DNA of 64,000 nucleotides. It comes from Marsupella aquatica. Its lineage: Eukaryota > Plantae > Marchantiophyta. Shown here one piece after another: positions 12,301 through 26,300 of the stretch. The notes below the pieces were generated by a model. It saw nothing but the letters and a program-made list of their open reading frames with translations, did no database searches and had not been told where the DNA came from. The stretch's first letter is position 1. Each line of letters opens with the position of its first letter. The stretch covers positions 6,513,241 to 6,577,240 of the forward strand of contig OZ316899.1 in assembly GCA_973895155.1 (NCBI GenBank), in the 5' to 3' direction. The position numbers and the translations under genes are program-made.

Positions 12301-14169
12301 ATGGATTCCAGTGGAGCAAATGGAGGTGATGGGGCAGGGGTGAGTGATAGTGGCAATGGGAATGAAGGCAATGGGGAGCAGGAGAGGAATCGATGGACCA
12401 ATTTGATGGCTAAGCACCTCAATGCAGCACAGTTGAGTCGCTTAGATTTGACTACACCAGCAGGGATTGCTTCTTTTAGTGCAATCCTAGGGCAAGCCTT
12501 GCAAACGGGAGTAGCTGCAGGGAACATTGCAAGGGAGGAGGAGCAAAGGAGTGCAGCTCAACAGAAGGCAAGAGAGAAGAAGCGTAAGAAGGAGAAGAGG
12601 GCCAAGGCAGGAGTAGTCTCACCTGCTGCCCTAGAAAAGAAGAGGAGAGAGGAAAGAGATGAGATAAGAGCACAGCGGGAGGAGCAGCGAAAGAAGGAGG
12701 AAGAGAGGAAGAAGCTGCCTATGATTGCCTTGATCGAAGGCATTCCTACTAAACTGGCCTACACCGGGGCAAAGAGCACTATCAGGCTTATGGTGCGCTC
12801 CAATTTTGCACGAGGAGTTGAGTGGGGGAAACTCAGCAAGGCAGACCAGAGGAAAGTAATGAGTCAAATTAAAGATTCATTTCGAAATGGAGCAGAGATT
12901 GATGAACAGTGGCTTGCAGATAGAATTTCCAATTCAATGTCTCAAGCACGGTACCATGATAGGAAGAAGGTAAGGGCCTACCTGGCAAACTTGGAGGAGT
13001 ACAGAAACGTGAGGAGGCCACTGCAATTCACTGAGGACGTGTGGAATGCCTTTTACAAAGTGGAGGTGCAGATGAGAGCTGCCAGGAACCTTCTCTTCTG
13101 GAAGGAGATGGAAGCCAAGGCACAGAAGGCCGGGAAGTCCAACCGAGAGCTCAAGGGAATGGCTGAGAAGGTGTCTCACATGCAGCACATTGTGGATGAA
13201 GTGGGGGCACCACCTCAAAAATTCATCCTTGCAGCTGAGCGAGTCAGCAAACGGCCCAAGACCACGCACAAGATGGGCCAAGGTGGACTTCCCGGCCTCA
13301 AAGCACACTTTGTGAGTGGGCCCTCTCCTCCCCTGCTTCTGTTTCCTTGCTTTCAATTGCTATCCAACCTGCAATGCCCCCTACATACCTCTTCTTTCTT
13401 TCTTACGGCCTGCCTTGTACTTTAGGTCACCCTGACACATTGCGTGCCTTAAAGATTTCTCGGAATTAAAAAAAACAGAGTTTGCGAAGCTTTTGCAATG
13501 CGGGTTGCTTCACAAATGTTTTGCAAAGTCTATTATGGCATTTTTTAAAGTTATAGATGCAAAGCTATTGCAAACTAACCCGCTTCGCAAACTACTTCGC
13601 AAACAGCCAATTTATTTGAATTTGCGAAGCGGGGAGTTTCGCAAGTGTATATTATATTTAAAAAATATCGCTAAGGGTTATTGAGCCCAGTTTTGTGTTA
13701 GGGAGCACCCTATTAGCACCTCCATGCATTTTTCTTGGGTTTATGGCATATTAACCCCAATCTATTTTGGTTTTGGAATGTTTGGTTGTGGTAGTATAAG
13801 AGGTACCACAGGAAGATAACAGCAAAAGAGATGGAGATAGGAGCTGCGCATGGAGCCAAACATCTCTTTGACTTGGTTGACGCAGAGTTGGCGACTGTAA
13901 GTGCATGTATCCCCTTCAGTTTTTCCCACCCAATCCACTTATCTTTTCATTCCGTAAACCTAAACCAATTTGGCGTTGTGCTGTGCAAACAGGATGATGA
14001 GGATGCCAGTGATACCAGCAGCACTGATGAGAACAATGAGGGGACCACGACAAAGGGGCCCAAGGTAGGAGGGAGTAGTGGATCTGGACCAGTAGGAGGA
14101 GTTTCCCAGCAGGAGGGGGAGGAAGAGGATGAGGACAAGGACGAGGAGGAACCAGATGTGGAGGAGTAG
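12301..14169 (+). CDS. CACTA-1 second gene (TnpA / Transposase_24-like), divergently oriented, spliced
   Basis: Long open exon with RPLQFTEDVW and TTHKMGQGG; donors GTGAGT ~13312 and GTAAGT ~13896; homologous to 31920-32851. Confidence 0.65.
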
Positions 14170-14770
14170 CCAGCACCACCTCCTGTGCCACGTTCGGATT
14201 GTCGCAAGAGGGACAGGGGGAAGAGGTCGGCGACAAGGAGTAGGAGGACCCCATTCTAGAGCTTGGTGGTCTAGTGCCCATGGGATGCCCATTTACTTAG
14301 TGTAGTATATAGTTTTGATGTGGGTAGTCTTATAGGGACCTAGCTTGTCATATGACACCCATCTAGGGTTTAGGGTTTAGGAAACCCTAATTTCTGTGTA
14401 CCTATCAATTTTCTATAAAGCAATTTTGATTTAGACCTCATTCTCCGTGTTGGACAACAAGACCCCAACCATAATTCAAAACTCTAAATCTAAATCCTAG
14501 CCTCAAGACAGCTTGCGAAACCTATGCGAACAACCCAAATCGCATATTTACCATACTGAAGGTATCGCAAACATTATGCAAACCACATAAGTTCACACAA
14601 ATGCGAAGCGATCTTCATGGCATAACTACCATTCATTGAATATCGCAAACATATTACCAACCTTGTGGAATCGCAAATATTGAACTCCCTCAACTCCAGA
14701 AGACTATCCTCCCTATGATATCCTAGTCTGTGATTCTCCAGAACAAGGTTTCGAAAGGGTTGATACAGCT

Positions 14771-15337
14771 TTGAGATCCAACCCCAACCTTGTTGCAGTT
14801 GTCACTTCCTCTACCCAGACTCCTAGAAATGCTATCATCTATAAAATGGAGTCTAGAACACCTAAACAACAGGTCCAGAAGTACGTCACCACTTGCAAAA
14901 TCATTCATACCAATACACCACTTGTAAATGAGTTCTGGAGGTTTTATTATCTGAAGAAACCAAAGGCTAGCTACATATTTGACCTCAGGACAATCGGCAC
15001 CTCTCGCTTGGAGTTGGCCCAATTCGATGAACATTGGATGGATTCAGTCTACTTTCAACCCATACTGGCCGTTATGTTCCTACAAGGAGATGTCAAAGTT
15101 GATGACCCGGACTTAATCTTGGCTTACTTGAGAAATATAGCCGCTTATGCTTTAGATTTTGTTATGATGTTTCTTAAACAGAGCAACAAGTCCATTACTC
15201 TTGATCGTTCCTATATTCTCATTGGACCCAAGATTGCTCTTACTTCAACTAGTTCCTATCCAGACAAACAACGAGTATGGAACAATATCACCTCTCAGCA
15301 GCTGGAAAAATTCACTCACTACTTCAAGGATCTTTAG
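14771..15337 (+). other. Unassigned 188-aa ORF (likely retroelement accessory remnant; decayed continuation to ~15640)
   Basis: Open frame, no recognised motif, directly upstream of an Athila-type LTR. Confidence 0.3.
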
Positions 15338-15649
15338 TGGAGATTACGACCATTCTACAACAAGATGCTGAGTACAAAGATGTTTCTACAATTCTACCCC
15401 TCTATTTATGCCAACTCCTATAACTGTTTAGATATAATTGGCATTTTGAGAGAAGCGAACAGAATTGATTAGTGCTTCCTGGTGAAGAGGATGTCTCTTC
15501 TGTATTGGGGAAGACAGATGCGCTGTCTACCTTACACCCTGGATCAACCTCATTGCGATGAAGTAAGGGAAGCCATTTAGACTTGTACTATTTGGACTGT
15601 GGAAGCGATGGAACTAGAGGATATTCAACAACAGAGGAATTGAAGCGGA

Positions 15650-17613
15650 TCTACATTTTGATAAAGTGTTAAAAGCAGATCTAGTTCAGAGTGCCTTGCC
15701 CGATCTTACTACGCATGTCTTAAAACTTGTGCATCTTTTTCAGTAGATAACTTGTACATAAGACAACGCACTAGAAGAGATTTCAGCTTTTTCCAGTTTT
15801 TAGTGAGAAAGATAACAATGGTTTAATTTACTAAGTCCTTAACATACCATAGATTATGCGTTTAAGCTTTTACACATTTACGCTCATTTTTACTTAGCCA
15901 AATTGGACCTTTTCACATTTAGTTTTCATTTTTAAGTTTTTCTAGAGATATGAAGAGATGTGACTCTTCAACCTCCGAGGCTTTTCCCTCATTGATTTTC
16001 ACTATAAGACACCTCTATCACTAGTGTAGAAGGATGGTAAAGTTATGCATTTTTGCCTCTTCCTTGTGTTAAATCAATTGATCATGAATCTATGAGTTCA
16101 AAGTCAGGTTTGACACATAGGAGAGACTTTCCTCCTTCTTGTGTTTGTACCTCTGTTTATAAACACAGGAAGTAAAATCCATTTGTGCAAAATCTTTGGA
16201 GTTGTGATGATAGATTCCTTTTTGGTGACTAATTGCAAACTCCTGAGTTCTCAAAGTGAACTCATTGAGTTTTAAGTCTTATTGGAATTGATGGATTTTC
16301 TTTCATATTGCTTAGTACCATCTAAAATGTTGAAGTAACTACCTTTTAGATCTTGTCTAAGTATCACTTAGAAATAAAAGACAAGGCGTGTTGACGGCAA
16401 TTTAAAAGAGTACTCTAGTAAACATTTTAGATCTGAAAAACAATGTGGATTTGAATCTTATAAGTCATTTCATTTTGACTTATGTTTAAGGAGTAACCTT
16501 GGTATATACCAGACTTCCTTAACATACTTTAAGGTATTTTTCCGTGTGTTTTTGTTAATCATTTCCTTTTATTAATTTATGTTTATACAATGCTGAGTTA
16601 TCATTAAAAACTACTCACCACTGTGGAACGATCTTCAAAATACCTTAGTAAAGTAATCAAATTTGATTACTATGTGTGGGAACATTTTAATTTCTCTATT
16701 ATTGTTTAAAACTATCAAATCAATCCCATCTTGTTCTTTACGGGAACGAATACCAAGTTTTAAGACCTTTAAATGTGTTTTTGGTTCTTCATGTGATTTT
16801 TGGCGCCGTTACCGGGGAACAAATCAAGGTTGATTTGAAGTACAGGCAGTGAATGCCAAATGAAGGACTGAATTTGATAAGTTTTGGAACAAAACACATT
16901 GATAATTGTTATCATGGACCCCACTGGAGAATGGGCAATTTAAAGGCTGGAGATTCAACCTTACAAGGTGGAAAATGCACCAATTTCATTTAGGGAAAGA
17001 ATTGGAGAAGAAAACCCCTCCACAAGTCTGGAAAGAAGGAAGAAAGCTAAGGCCAAGAAAAAAAGATTAAGTGGTGCCTAGAAGAAAAGAATGAGGGAGT
17101 CTTCTCAAGTTATGGTAAGAAAAAGCCGACCTGAAGAAAGAGAGAACTCAGATTAAATTAAGGGAAAGACAAACTCATGTTGTCAAAAGTACTTGTCAAG
17201 GAGGAAGAGCAAAAATTTTTAAGAGGTCATATGGAAGTTATTATTGGAGTTTAGGCCTGTTGAGGTAAACTCATTTGATACAAATGTATTCCTTAATAGC
17301 CTCCTGATTTTAAAGAGTTGGGAAAATGGGAAATTACATCTGGAGGAAGGAACCTGGGATGAGCATTTTGACCAAGTTATCATTCCAGAAATGTTAAGTC
17401 ACAATTGTATAGAGGAGGAAGTTTTGGAAAGTGAAATTGAGAAGGAATTGGATAAGGCGTTCAAGATTTTGAAGGACAATCCTAGATGGACGGAAAATTT
17501 AGATCAAGCTCTTAATGAGTTTTATCAAAATTCAAATGTTTTATTAGATTTGGAGAAACCGGTAATGACCCCTCATAGAAGAGCAATTATAGGGTCACTA
17601 AAGTGGCTTAATA
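15650..17613 (+). mobile_element. Athila-type LTR, PBS and 5' leader remnant (left boundary uncertain), cut by CACTA-2
   Basis: AT-rich LTR-like tract with ctgtggaacgatc / cgggaacgaatacc motifs ending at a PBS; ORF remnant 17244-17613. Confidence 0.6.
16801..16818 (+). promoter_or_regulatory. Primer-binding site (tRNA-Asp type, Athila-like)
   Basis: TGGCGCCGTTACCGGGGA, one mismatch to the Athila PBS TGGCGCCGTTGCCGGGGA. Confidence 0.85.
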
Positions 17614-18489
17614 CACTAGAAGAATCCGAGGTGATCTGAGACCACAATATGTGACTCATTTTGACTTCATTGTGACTCAATGTGACGTGACCCAGGCTGT
17701 GACCCTTGGAGTTGCAAAAGTTGAGACCAAAAAATGAAAGTCACTATTGATACTGGGCATTGCGACTTGCTTGATATCCATTTATGACTGATCTGTGACT
17801 TTATTGTAGAGTCTAGCCTTGTTGATACGTGATTGCAATGTGACTTTAATTAGTCACAGGGTAAGTCATATACATGACTTACTCGCACTTAAAAATCACT
17901 ATCTTGTGACCTTTTAGTGTCACATAATAGACCAATGGAGACCTTGGTCCGGGTCACACAACAGAACCATTTGGGTCTCTATATAGTCATGTTCATAACT
18001 AATAAGGTTGACATGGAAGTTGTAACCATGACTAATGACCATAGAGGGACAGTTCATAAGGAGAGAGAGCACTCCACATTGCAATACATAGAAACACTCA
18101 TGTTCACACTTTAGAAGTATAACACATTGAATACAAGAAATGAACTGAGCATAAAAAGACATCCACATGAAACAAAGCATCATATAAACAGGTCCTACAT
18201 AAAACATTCATAAGAATTCAACAAAATCACAATCTTGCTAAAAGATGATCATAATTTCAATTACAATGAAATAGTTTACAATGTCATCAATGTAATTTAG
18301 AGAAAACAGGAACTCATAAACTGATAATTGTTTGAGATAATTGAAAGCACATGCATGATACTATGAATCTCCAAGAGGACATGATTCTTGTACTGCTTCT
18401 TGAGATCTAAAATCTATAGAACATGAGATCTAAAATCTATAGAACATGACTCACACTACAAACAAATAATGACATGACATTGTTATGGA

Positions 18490-21400
18490 TCCTCTATGAA
18501 CTTGCTTAGCCATAATACCAAAGAACCTGTAGCATCTCCAAGTGTCTTCTAAGGAGGATCATCATTTGTGTTTGGAATGGGAAGGACAACTTTAGGTTTC
18601 ACTAGTAACGTGACTAACACTACTGAATAACCTGGGGGAATCCTCTTGCCTTGGAACGTTGTAGAACCAACTTGCACTCTGCCAAATCCTACTCGTGTTC
18701 CACTTTCATCAACAGCTAACAATCCACTTTGTCCCACAGCATTAGGTGCTTTCCCCACTTCCACCTTAGATCTTTCTGCCAGCACCGTTCTTGGAGGTTT
18801 GTATGAAACCTTTGACGTGGCTCTGCTCTTAGCAGCAGACTTGCTTTGTGTGCGCATGCTTCCTCTCTTTATAGTAGTGAAGCTAGGCTCAGTAGGTTCC
18901 TCACCTGGGAGTGTCATACCAACTAACTCTTTGGTTGGATTTATCTCAACAAGAGACACACTTGTCATTGACAATGATACATTCTGAAAATCATTTATCT
19001 TTGCAATGGAGTCAAGATCTACATAGCATGAATCTGGCTCAATGGTATCATTGTCATGCTTGCTGATATCCTCATTTTCCCCAACATTGATATCATCGAC
19101 TCCCTTGCCAATGTCATCCTCATCCAAACATGGTTCACTACCCTCTGTCAAATTAGTTGCATGTACAGACTGCAACTTTGTTGCCTCTAAATTGCAGCGA
19201 GTCTTTGCCAGGTTCTCATACTTCTTCTTTGCGTGCTGTCTTATTCTCTATGGGCACAACAACCACAATATATGTTACTGAAAATAACACATTCAACAAA
19301 CAATGTCAATTCAAACTATACGTTTAATAATCATATCCCACACAGTTATAAAGGCCTTACCTTCAAGCCTAGATGTCATTGGCATGCCAGAAGAGTGCAT
19401 CAACTTTGCCACCTCAAGTGGTGATGGTGGAACTCCTGCAAAATTGGAATCAATTTTATCTCTCACCGACACAACAGCTTCCATTAATGTCTTGAAGTTC
19501 ACATGGAATAAGTCAGTCAATGAATTCAAACGTTCATTGATCTCTAGAAGACATGTTTTCACAACCTTCAAACAACCACTTATCTCTGTAAGTGAAGATC
19601 CACCTCCCTACATGACACAGGGGTATAGGTTCAATCACTCCATATGAAATGTTGGGCAATATATGCACAATCAATGTTATATGTGTACACCTAAAATTCA
19701 ACGTAGGTCATTCAATTACCAATTAAAACTCATATAACTTACGTGCTTGGAGGATTCAGATGCACCCTCTTGAGCTCAGGTGTTCACAATTTCAGCCCTC
19801 AACTCTTCTTTTGAAGGGCTTTGCCCCAATTGGGCTTTCTACACATGCATGACAAACACAAGTTATCATTATTATTCAGGGAACGTACACTAAACAACAA
19901 AGTGAACAGTAAATAGTGTAGCATAAATTACATAATTAGCCATTGATTCTTACCAAGCATTTTGCTATCGGTGCAGTGTTGGTCCTTCTTGTCAGATTAG
20001 GGTTCTGAACACTCAACCTGGCCTCGGTCATCTGTGAACTCTTCTTTTTTGAAGCATCTATTACAAAATAAACTACTAACCTTGCCCACACTTTATCATC
20101 ACAACTGGCTGGTGGAGGCATATCTAGCTTCTCCCCACCTTCCTTCCAAGCCTTATGCATTCTCCACCTCTCTTGCTTGATGATTTTATTTGCTGTACTC
20201 TCTAGGCAACCTATGTCCATGCCATCATCACTGCCCACATAATTCCATTTGGCAGCAACATTTTCACATACAGTCTTCCAATCTTTTGGATGTTATTTTT
20301 TAAAATTAATAACACTCACATCTAACCAACGCAATACTTCAGCTTTCAAATCAGCATGCCATCGGTTCTTGCGAGGACACTCAGCATCCATCCATTGTCT
20401 CTCATTCAACTTTACGTTCCCTTTCTTTGTCACCTCCCCTCGTGCACTGCTCTTGGTAGTACTGGAAGTAGTATTGGCCACCCCTTGATTCACCCTACCT
20501 GGGGTTCTAAAGTCACCTGGAAAAATACATGCCATTCATGCTTGAGAACTACATACAGCAGAATGAATGACGGCAACATTCAATGCTTCACTTCAACAAA
20601 AATTCTTCAAACATATATACTTGTAGCTCTGCCTGTAGACATCTGTGCAGGGACTGCACTCTGGAATTGTTGCAACCCTGGACCACCTGTCCAGCCTAGT
20701 ATAGGGGCCGGATGATGTCACTTTCTAGGTATGTATGTGCAAACATATGTACTGAAAACTAAGTACAAACTGTAGGAAAACAAGAGAACATTCACCGACA
20801 TACCTGGCCCCCTTCCGTGCTGCATCTGCATAGGGGCATTAGTGAATACTTGAGTCAATAGTTTGACTGTCCAACCTACACACATACATTTTCTATTGTT
20901 ATACATGTGCAGAATCCCCCCACATGAATGGACTCTAGATATAATGAGTTCTTCCATTGCTGACAAGATCAGACATAACCTGCCCCTCTTCCAACGTTCG
21001 TAGGTACTGTATTTTGAAATCCCTGCCAATTACCTTCACCACCTTCCCAACCTTGTTCATTCCACGACCCACCACCATTCTCCTAACCTGGTTCAACCCA
21101 TGTCTATCCTTGTGGATATTGGAACTGATCATTACCAGCATTTGCCCAATCAGGTTGGGCAGAATCTGCATGCAATGGTAGGTGGACAGAATTTCAATGT
21201 ATGAACCCAATACATCCCAAACAATGTCAAAAATTGATATGCAGTCTGAAATTCATAAGTGCCATGCCTTGACAAAGAACTGGCATATAGATATATACTC
21301 ACATCCCCATGGTTGAGTTGGACGTCCATACCCACGAGACTGTGGGTTTGGACCTGCTCTGCCTCTACCACGGGCATAACCTTGACCTTGCCCCCTACCA

Positions 21401-21919
21401 TAGTATTGGGCACCAGCCTGGGATCTACCACTACTACCACCTTGCCAACCTTGATCAGAGGTCACACACCCCTGCTGGTATGGTGCATGCACAGGCTTTG
21501 CAGGCAAAACAGAACTGACAAGACGCTGCATCACATCACCAACTACAATGTCACAAACTAAGCAAGGTACATATGTGTAGTACTAAACATATCAAACCTC
21601 TAAACAAGAGAGTTTTACTCAAAACCTTGTCGGGAGAACTACTTACCTGTTTCTTTTGGGGCTGCTCTGCAATGTATTCATCTTCATAACCCCCATCCTC
21701 ATCCATTTCCTCTGGAAAATACTCATCATCTACATCTTCTTGTCTACTATCTGCACCCACTTGTGCAGCATCCATGTCATCTCCACATTCTGCCATTGTA
21801 GGTACGACCTTCTTGCTCAACCTTTCACTCCAACGTACAGGCCCAGAGATAGTGTTGGTCACCCTTCTTGCGTACTCCTTTTGTTTCTTTGAAAGTTTTG
21901 TGGCTCTGCGACATTCCAA
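18490..21919 (-). pseudogene. CACTA-2 TnpA-like multi-exon gene (Transposase_24 and Tnp1/En/Spm C-terminal-like regions)
   Basis: PPASCDDKVWARLVVYF...SSQMTEAR (19936-20238); GRVQVGSTTFQGKRIPPGYSVVLV...LPIP (18549-19175); many short exons. Confidence 0.65.
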
Positions 21920-22284
21920 TATGAGAATACAGTCACAATTTCAGTGCCACATTGAACTATTCATGTCACACAAACTCAGCGGAGGGTTGTGGTTCCCTTA
22001 CAATTCAACCACATCCTTTTTCAGTTCCAGTTCTGCGATTTTGGCTTTCACGTATGCTCGTTGTTCCATAGCTTTCCTTTCATACTCACACATCTCTGTG
22101 TCACTCTCTTCCATCTGACTGGACCACAAAAACAGGTCATCTATGGTCACCCTATATAACAATGCAACCACAATCACCAGGCATCCATCCATATATCGCT
22201 GTTGCTTCAGAATTACTTTATTACACATTCTTCCCCTCACTAATGTCCATGCAAACAATTCACATTACTCATACAACAGGCACA

Positions 22285-25200
22285 CTATCGGCATCTGCAT
22301 CTCTGAACAAATGCCTCTACCCTTGTCACAGGAATGAAGTCCCGACTATCATGAACTACAGGCACTTGGTCTGAACGCCGACGATCAAAGGCACTATGAG
22401 AGTGTAAATGAAACTCAAGGTTTGATCCTTCCATCCAATGTTGCCTGGCCTGTTTATGACACACTACATGCCAACCTGGGGAGTCTTCCACATCCAAGAA
22501 GAAAGCTTGCTCCACTTGACTGGGAAACACAAATGGCTCAGACCATTCGGGCAATTTCCCTCTGAAATTGGCCAACAAGAAACCATCGTTGTCTCTCTTT
22601 ATGGTAGCCCTATTACCAAGCCAATCTTGCCACACCCATGAACCTTTCATAAGAATCACAGGACTGGACACCGACCCATAGTCCAGAGCCCATATGTCAA
22701 CTAATTCTCCCACATATCCCATCTCCGTCCAGGCCCTGTCGTGATTGTGGTTCTATTGCTCAAATACAGTGATGAGCCCATAGTCATTTGTCACCCTGTA
22801 GGCACTATCACCATCCTTCACTCAAAAGTGATTCCCATATGCTCTCATCCATTTGTAAGTCTTCACTTTCAAGCTAGGGGCATTAGACAGTAGGTAAAAG
22901 TCTGCATCCATGTCTGGGTGGGTCTCGTGATGCTCTCTAATTGCCACTCTGATCCACTCCATGAAACCTGGAAAAGTTGTTCCTGTAGTGGGATGGGCCG
23001 CCTTCAATGACTCATACTCCCTGAACAAACAACCACACAGCATTAGCTTGGCTAATATGAACAGGCTGAAGGAGAATACACAACATTTAAGCTCATGAAC
23101 TGGATTATAGCACATGTATGCACTCACTGTATCCAGGGTTCCATCACCACAGTGTTGTGCAATACAAAGTCATGTGCCAAGTCTCTCATAGATATAGTTA
23201 GGTTCTTTGTGGTTGCAGCCCCTTCCAGTACTTCACCTATCACTCCTTCCTCCTCATCAGAATTCCACACCCTGGTCTTCACATGCTCATATTGTGCTAT
23301 GTATTCGGTCAGAAATCCCAGAGTCTCGTCCTTGATGTAACCTTTAGCCATGCTTGCTTTAGGTTTGTAATATGTTCTCACGTGACCTTTGAGCAGCTTC
23401 ATGTACCGTTCCAAAGGGTACAACCAACGAACACTCACAGGCCCAAATTGGTGTAGCTCTTTCACAACATGGACAAGTAGGTGAGTCATGACATCAAAAA
23501 TGCTGGAGGAAAATAAATCTCCAGGTCACACAGCACCTGAGCGACATCTTCTGTCAGTTGTGGGAAGTGGGTTTCATCCCAAAATCACCCTATTCATTAA
23601 AAGTGTATTTTATTTTGTTCACTTTTAGGCCTCGAAATGTACACTTTTGGTCTCTAAATGTACACTTTTAAACACCAAAAGGTATATTATAGTACAATAT
23701 TCTACACCTAAATAGTCAATTGTAAACTTGAGGGAGAAAAAATGATCTTTACTAGAAGGAGTCTCATCCTAGTTAATTTATAAAAGATGAACATGATGGT
23801 ATGTCTGATGGCCATCACTTTTATTTCTTGCCCAAATGTACACTTTTTGAAAGCCAAATGTTCACAAATTGAATAATAATTCACTTTTAATGAATAGATT
23901 GATCAAACCCTTCATACAAATATGACAAAACACATCACTGAGTCGCATGATCACATAATTACGAACACGCTTCTGCAACAGGCCCCTCGGGCATAAAGGC
24001 AACACCTATTGCATCAACATATGGTAGTCATGGCTTTTCATACTACCAAGCTTTCTAGTCATGATATGCTTCTTGAAAGCACTGCCATAGTTTGAAGGAA
24101 CCTTCAAAGAACTCAACCTCTGCACAAATAGTTTCCACTCTGTGTCTTTCAGAACATAGGGCGCTTGGTACTTCAAGAGCACATCAGCTCTGTGGGCATG
24201 TGGCCTCAACCAAAGATGGGGTTTCATTCCCCTCTGTTCAAGATCCAATCTCACAGGACCACAAGAATCTGAGTAGACTCTCACAAATATTCTTCTCAAT
24301 GTGCATAACATCAATGTTATGTTTGCTTGGCTCAAACTCCTGCACCGTTGCAATGCAAGAGCGTCAGCAAATGCCTCAAGTTTAGTCTCTCTCTTCGAAA
24401 TGAATGCACATGCTCTAAACCAAAACATGTATCCCAATTAGCATCAACTCCAAGAGGCTTACCCTCCAATACTTGAGCTCCAAGTCCAATATGCTATGTC
24501 TTTTTACACCATATTGCTTTATTGGATCACTCACTCCATCTTCCCTGCCCCCTCGTTTGATATAGTCATCCCTCAGTGCTCCCCACTGCTTGATCTCCTC
24601 TTTGGTCACTCGTGCCGGGGTCCACGTTGCTCAATCTCATTGCCAAAGTGTGCAATCAATGCCTATCTTTCTCTGTAAGGGTGATCTGCCTTCAGAAAAT
24701 GACAATGGCCCATGTATATGACTTTCTGCAGGGCTTTGGAGTACTCACTAGTGACATTGCGCCCACAGATAGTACAAGCACAATATCCTTTTGTTGTTTG
24801 GCCTGATATCATCCCATGGGCTGGGTAGTCAGCTATAGTTAGAATGACAATGGCTCTAAGGATGAATGGGTTTAACCTCCCAAGCCTATGTAGGACATCA
24901 TATGTGAGAACTCCTTCCTCCCAAAGCTTTCTCAATTCCTCCACTAGGGGAACCAGAAACACATCTATGTTGGCAGATACAGCACTGTCTGGCCCTGGTA
25001 TTAGTAGGACCATCAGAACAAAAAATTGTTTTGTAGTCATCCAAGGAGGAAGGTTATAATTCAAAATCGTTATAGGCCAGCACACAAATTTGTTGTTCTT
25101 ATCTCCAAATGGGTTTACCCCATCCAATGACAACCCAAGTCTGACATTCCTTGGCTCAGCAACAAATTTGGGATACATCTCATCTATGAGTTTCCACTGC

Positions 25201-26300
25201 CTTGAATTTGCTGCATGTCTTTGTAGCCCATCAACACTTTTCTTGTCAGTTGCCCAAGTCATCATCTCCGAGATGGCATGGCTTCTAAACATCCGCTGAA
25301 GTTTGGGAATGAGTGGAAAATGACAAAGTACCTTGGCGGGAACCATAGACTTTCCTGAGTTCCGATACCTGTGCTTCCCACACTTAGGGCATGTCAACAA
25401 TTCTGCATACTCCTTTCTGAAAAGAGCATGCCCATCAGGACAGGCATGGATGGAATCATAGTTTAATCCAAGATTAGATATGCATCTTTTTGCCTCGAAC
25501 ATGTTCTTGGGCAAAATATTACCATCTGGTAGCACAATTGTTCGCAAGAATGCCAACAACTCAGAAACTAAAACGTTGGGGACATTGTGGTTGCCGCAAA
25601 TGTTCAGACACATGATGACAAATCCCAGTTTAGAACATTTTCTACCAGGGTACAAAGGCTTCCTGCCTTCCTGTATTTGCAGGAGAGAGCCAAACATCCC
25701 ATCATGCCCAGGGGTTTCCTGCCCTATCTCAAACTCATCAAGAGGCTCTTCAACAAGGGGCACACTTGCATCTGCAACCGTATCCTCTTCGTTGTCCAAC
25801 CCATCGTGAAATGCATCCAAGTCTTGGAAGATGTCTCTCACCATCTCTTCCACATGAATTCCTTCGTCATGTGGTGTTGCCTGAGCACCATCCCGTTGGA
25901 GGGCTGACAACCCACAAAGACCAGCTACAACATTTTCAAATGCACCAGACAGAACCTCACTTGCAGCATTGGCAGCATCAAATTCTAACCTCCACTCCTC
26001 GTTGGAAGAATCTTCCTTTGCAAGAACCTTCCAAACTTGATGTCGTGGATCTCTTCCATGAACCGCAATATGCCGCCAAACCTCATTTAGACCCCTGGTA
26101 TGGGATCCTTGGTAGATTGCACAAGGACATCTCATCCTATTGGCTCCTGAAAGTCTGGTTCGTAACCTTTCACGCTGCCAAAGCTTATTATCATGGTGTG
26201 AAATCCTTGTGGGATGATGCAAAGGCAGTGCCTGTGCCCTGGGCTGGGTTTGGGGAGGGTGGTGACCAGGGTGCATTGTAACAGACTGGAAGCTCTGCAA
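22285..26300 (-). pseudogene. CACTA-2 Tnp2 transposase (Zn motif + Transposase_21 + DUF4218 + DUF4216), spliced, degenerate
   Basis: CPCAI...RHIAVHG, IHACPDG, RNVRLGLSLDG, NYNLPPW, ADYPA, MKSHDYH, THLLVH, RWLYPLERYMK, EPFVFPSQVEQAF. Confidence 0.95.
23584..23903. mobile_element. MITE-like insertion (~320 bp) in the CACTA-2 transposase
   Basis: Terminal inverted repeats atcaccctattcattaaaagtg / cacttttaatgaatagattgat; CAAA on both flanks; AT-rich; internal tgtacactttt repeats. Confidence 0.8.

Larger units (their letters stand above)
5165..14680 (-). mobile_element. CACTA-1 (En/Spm), SET-carrying; right terminus missing
   Basis: CACTACAACATATG terminus at 5165; TTGCGA/TCGCAA subterminal repeats at 5180-5660 and 14510-14680; Tnp2 transposase inside; no matching TAGTG+AAG end found. 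Confidence 0.9.

Noticed and set aside
14298-14302. TAGTG as the right end of CACTA-1
   Set aside because: No match to the left terminus beyond 5 bp, no AAG duplication, and subterminal repeats continue to ~14680
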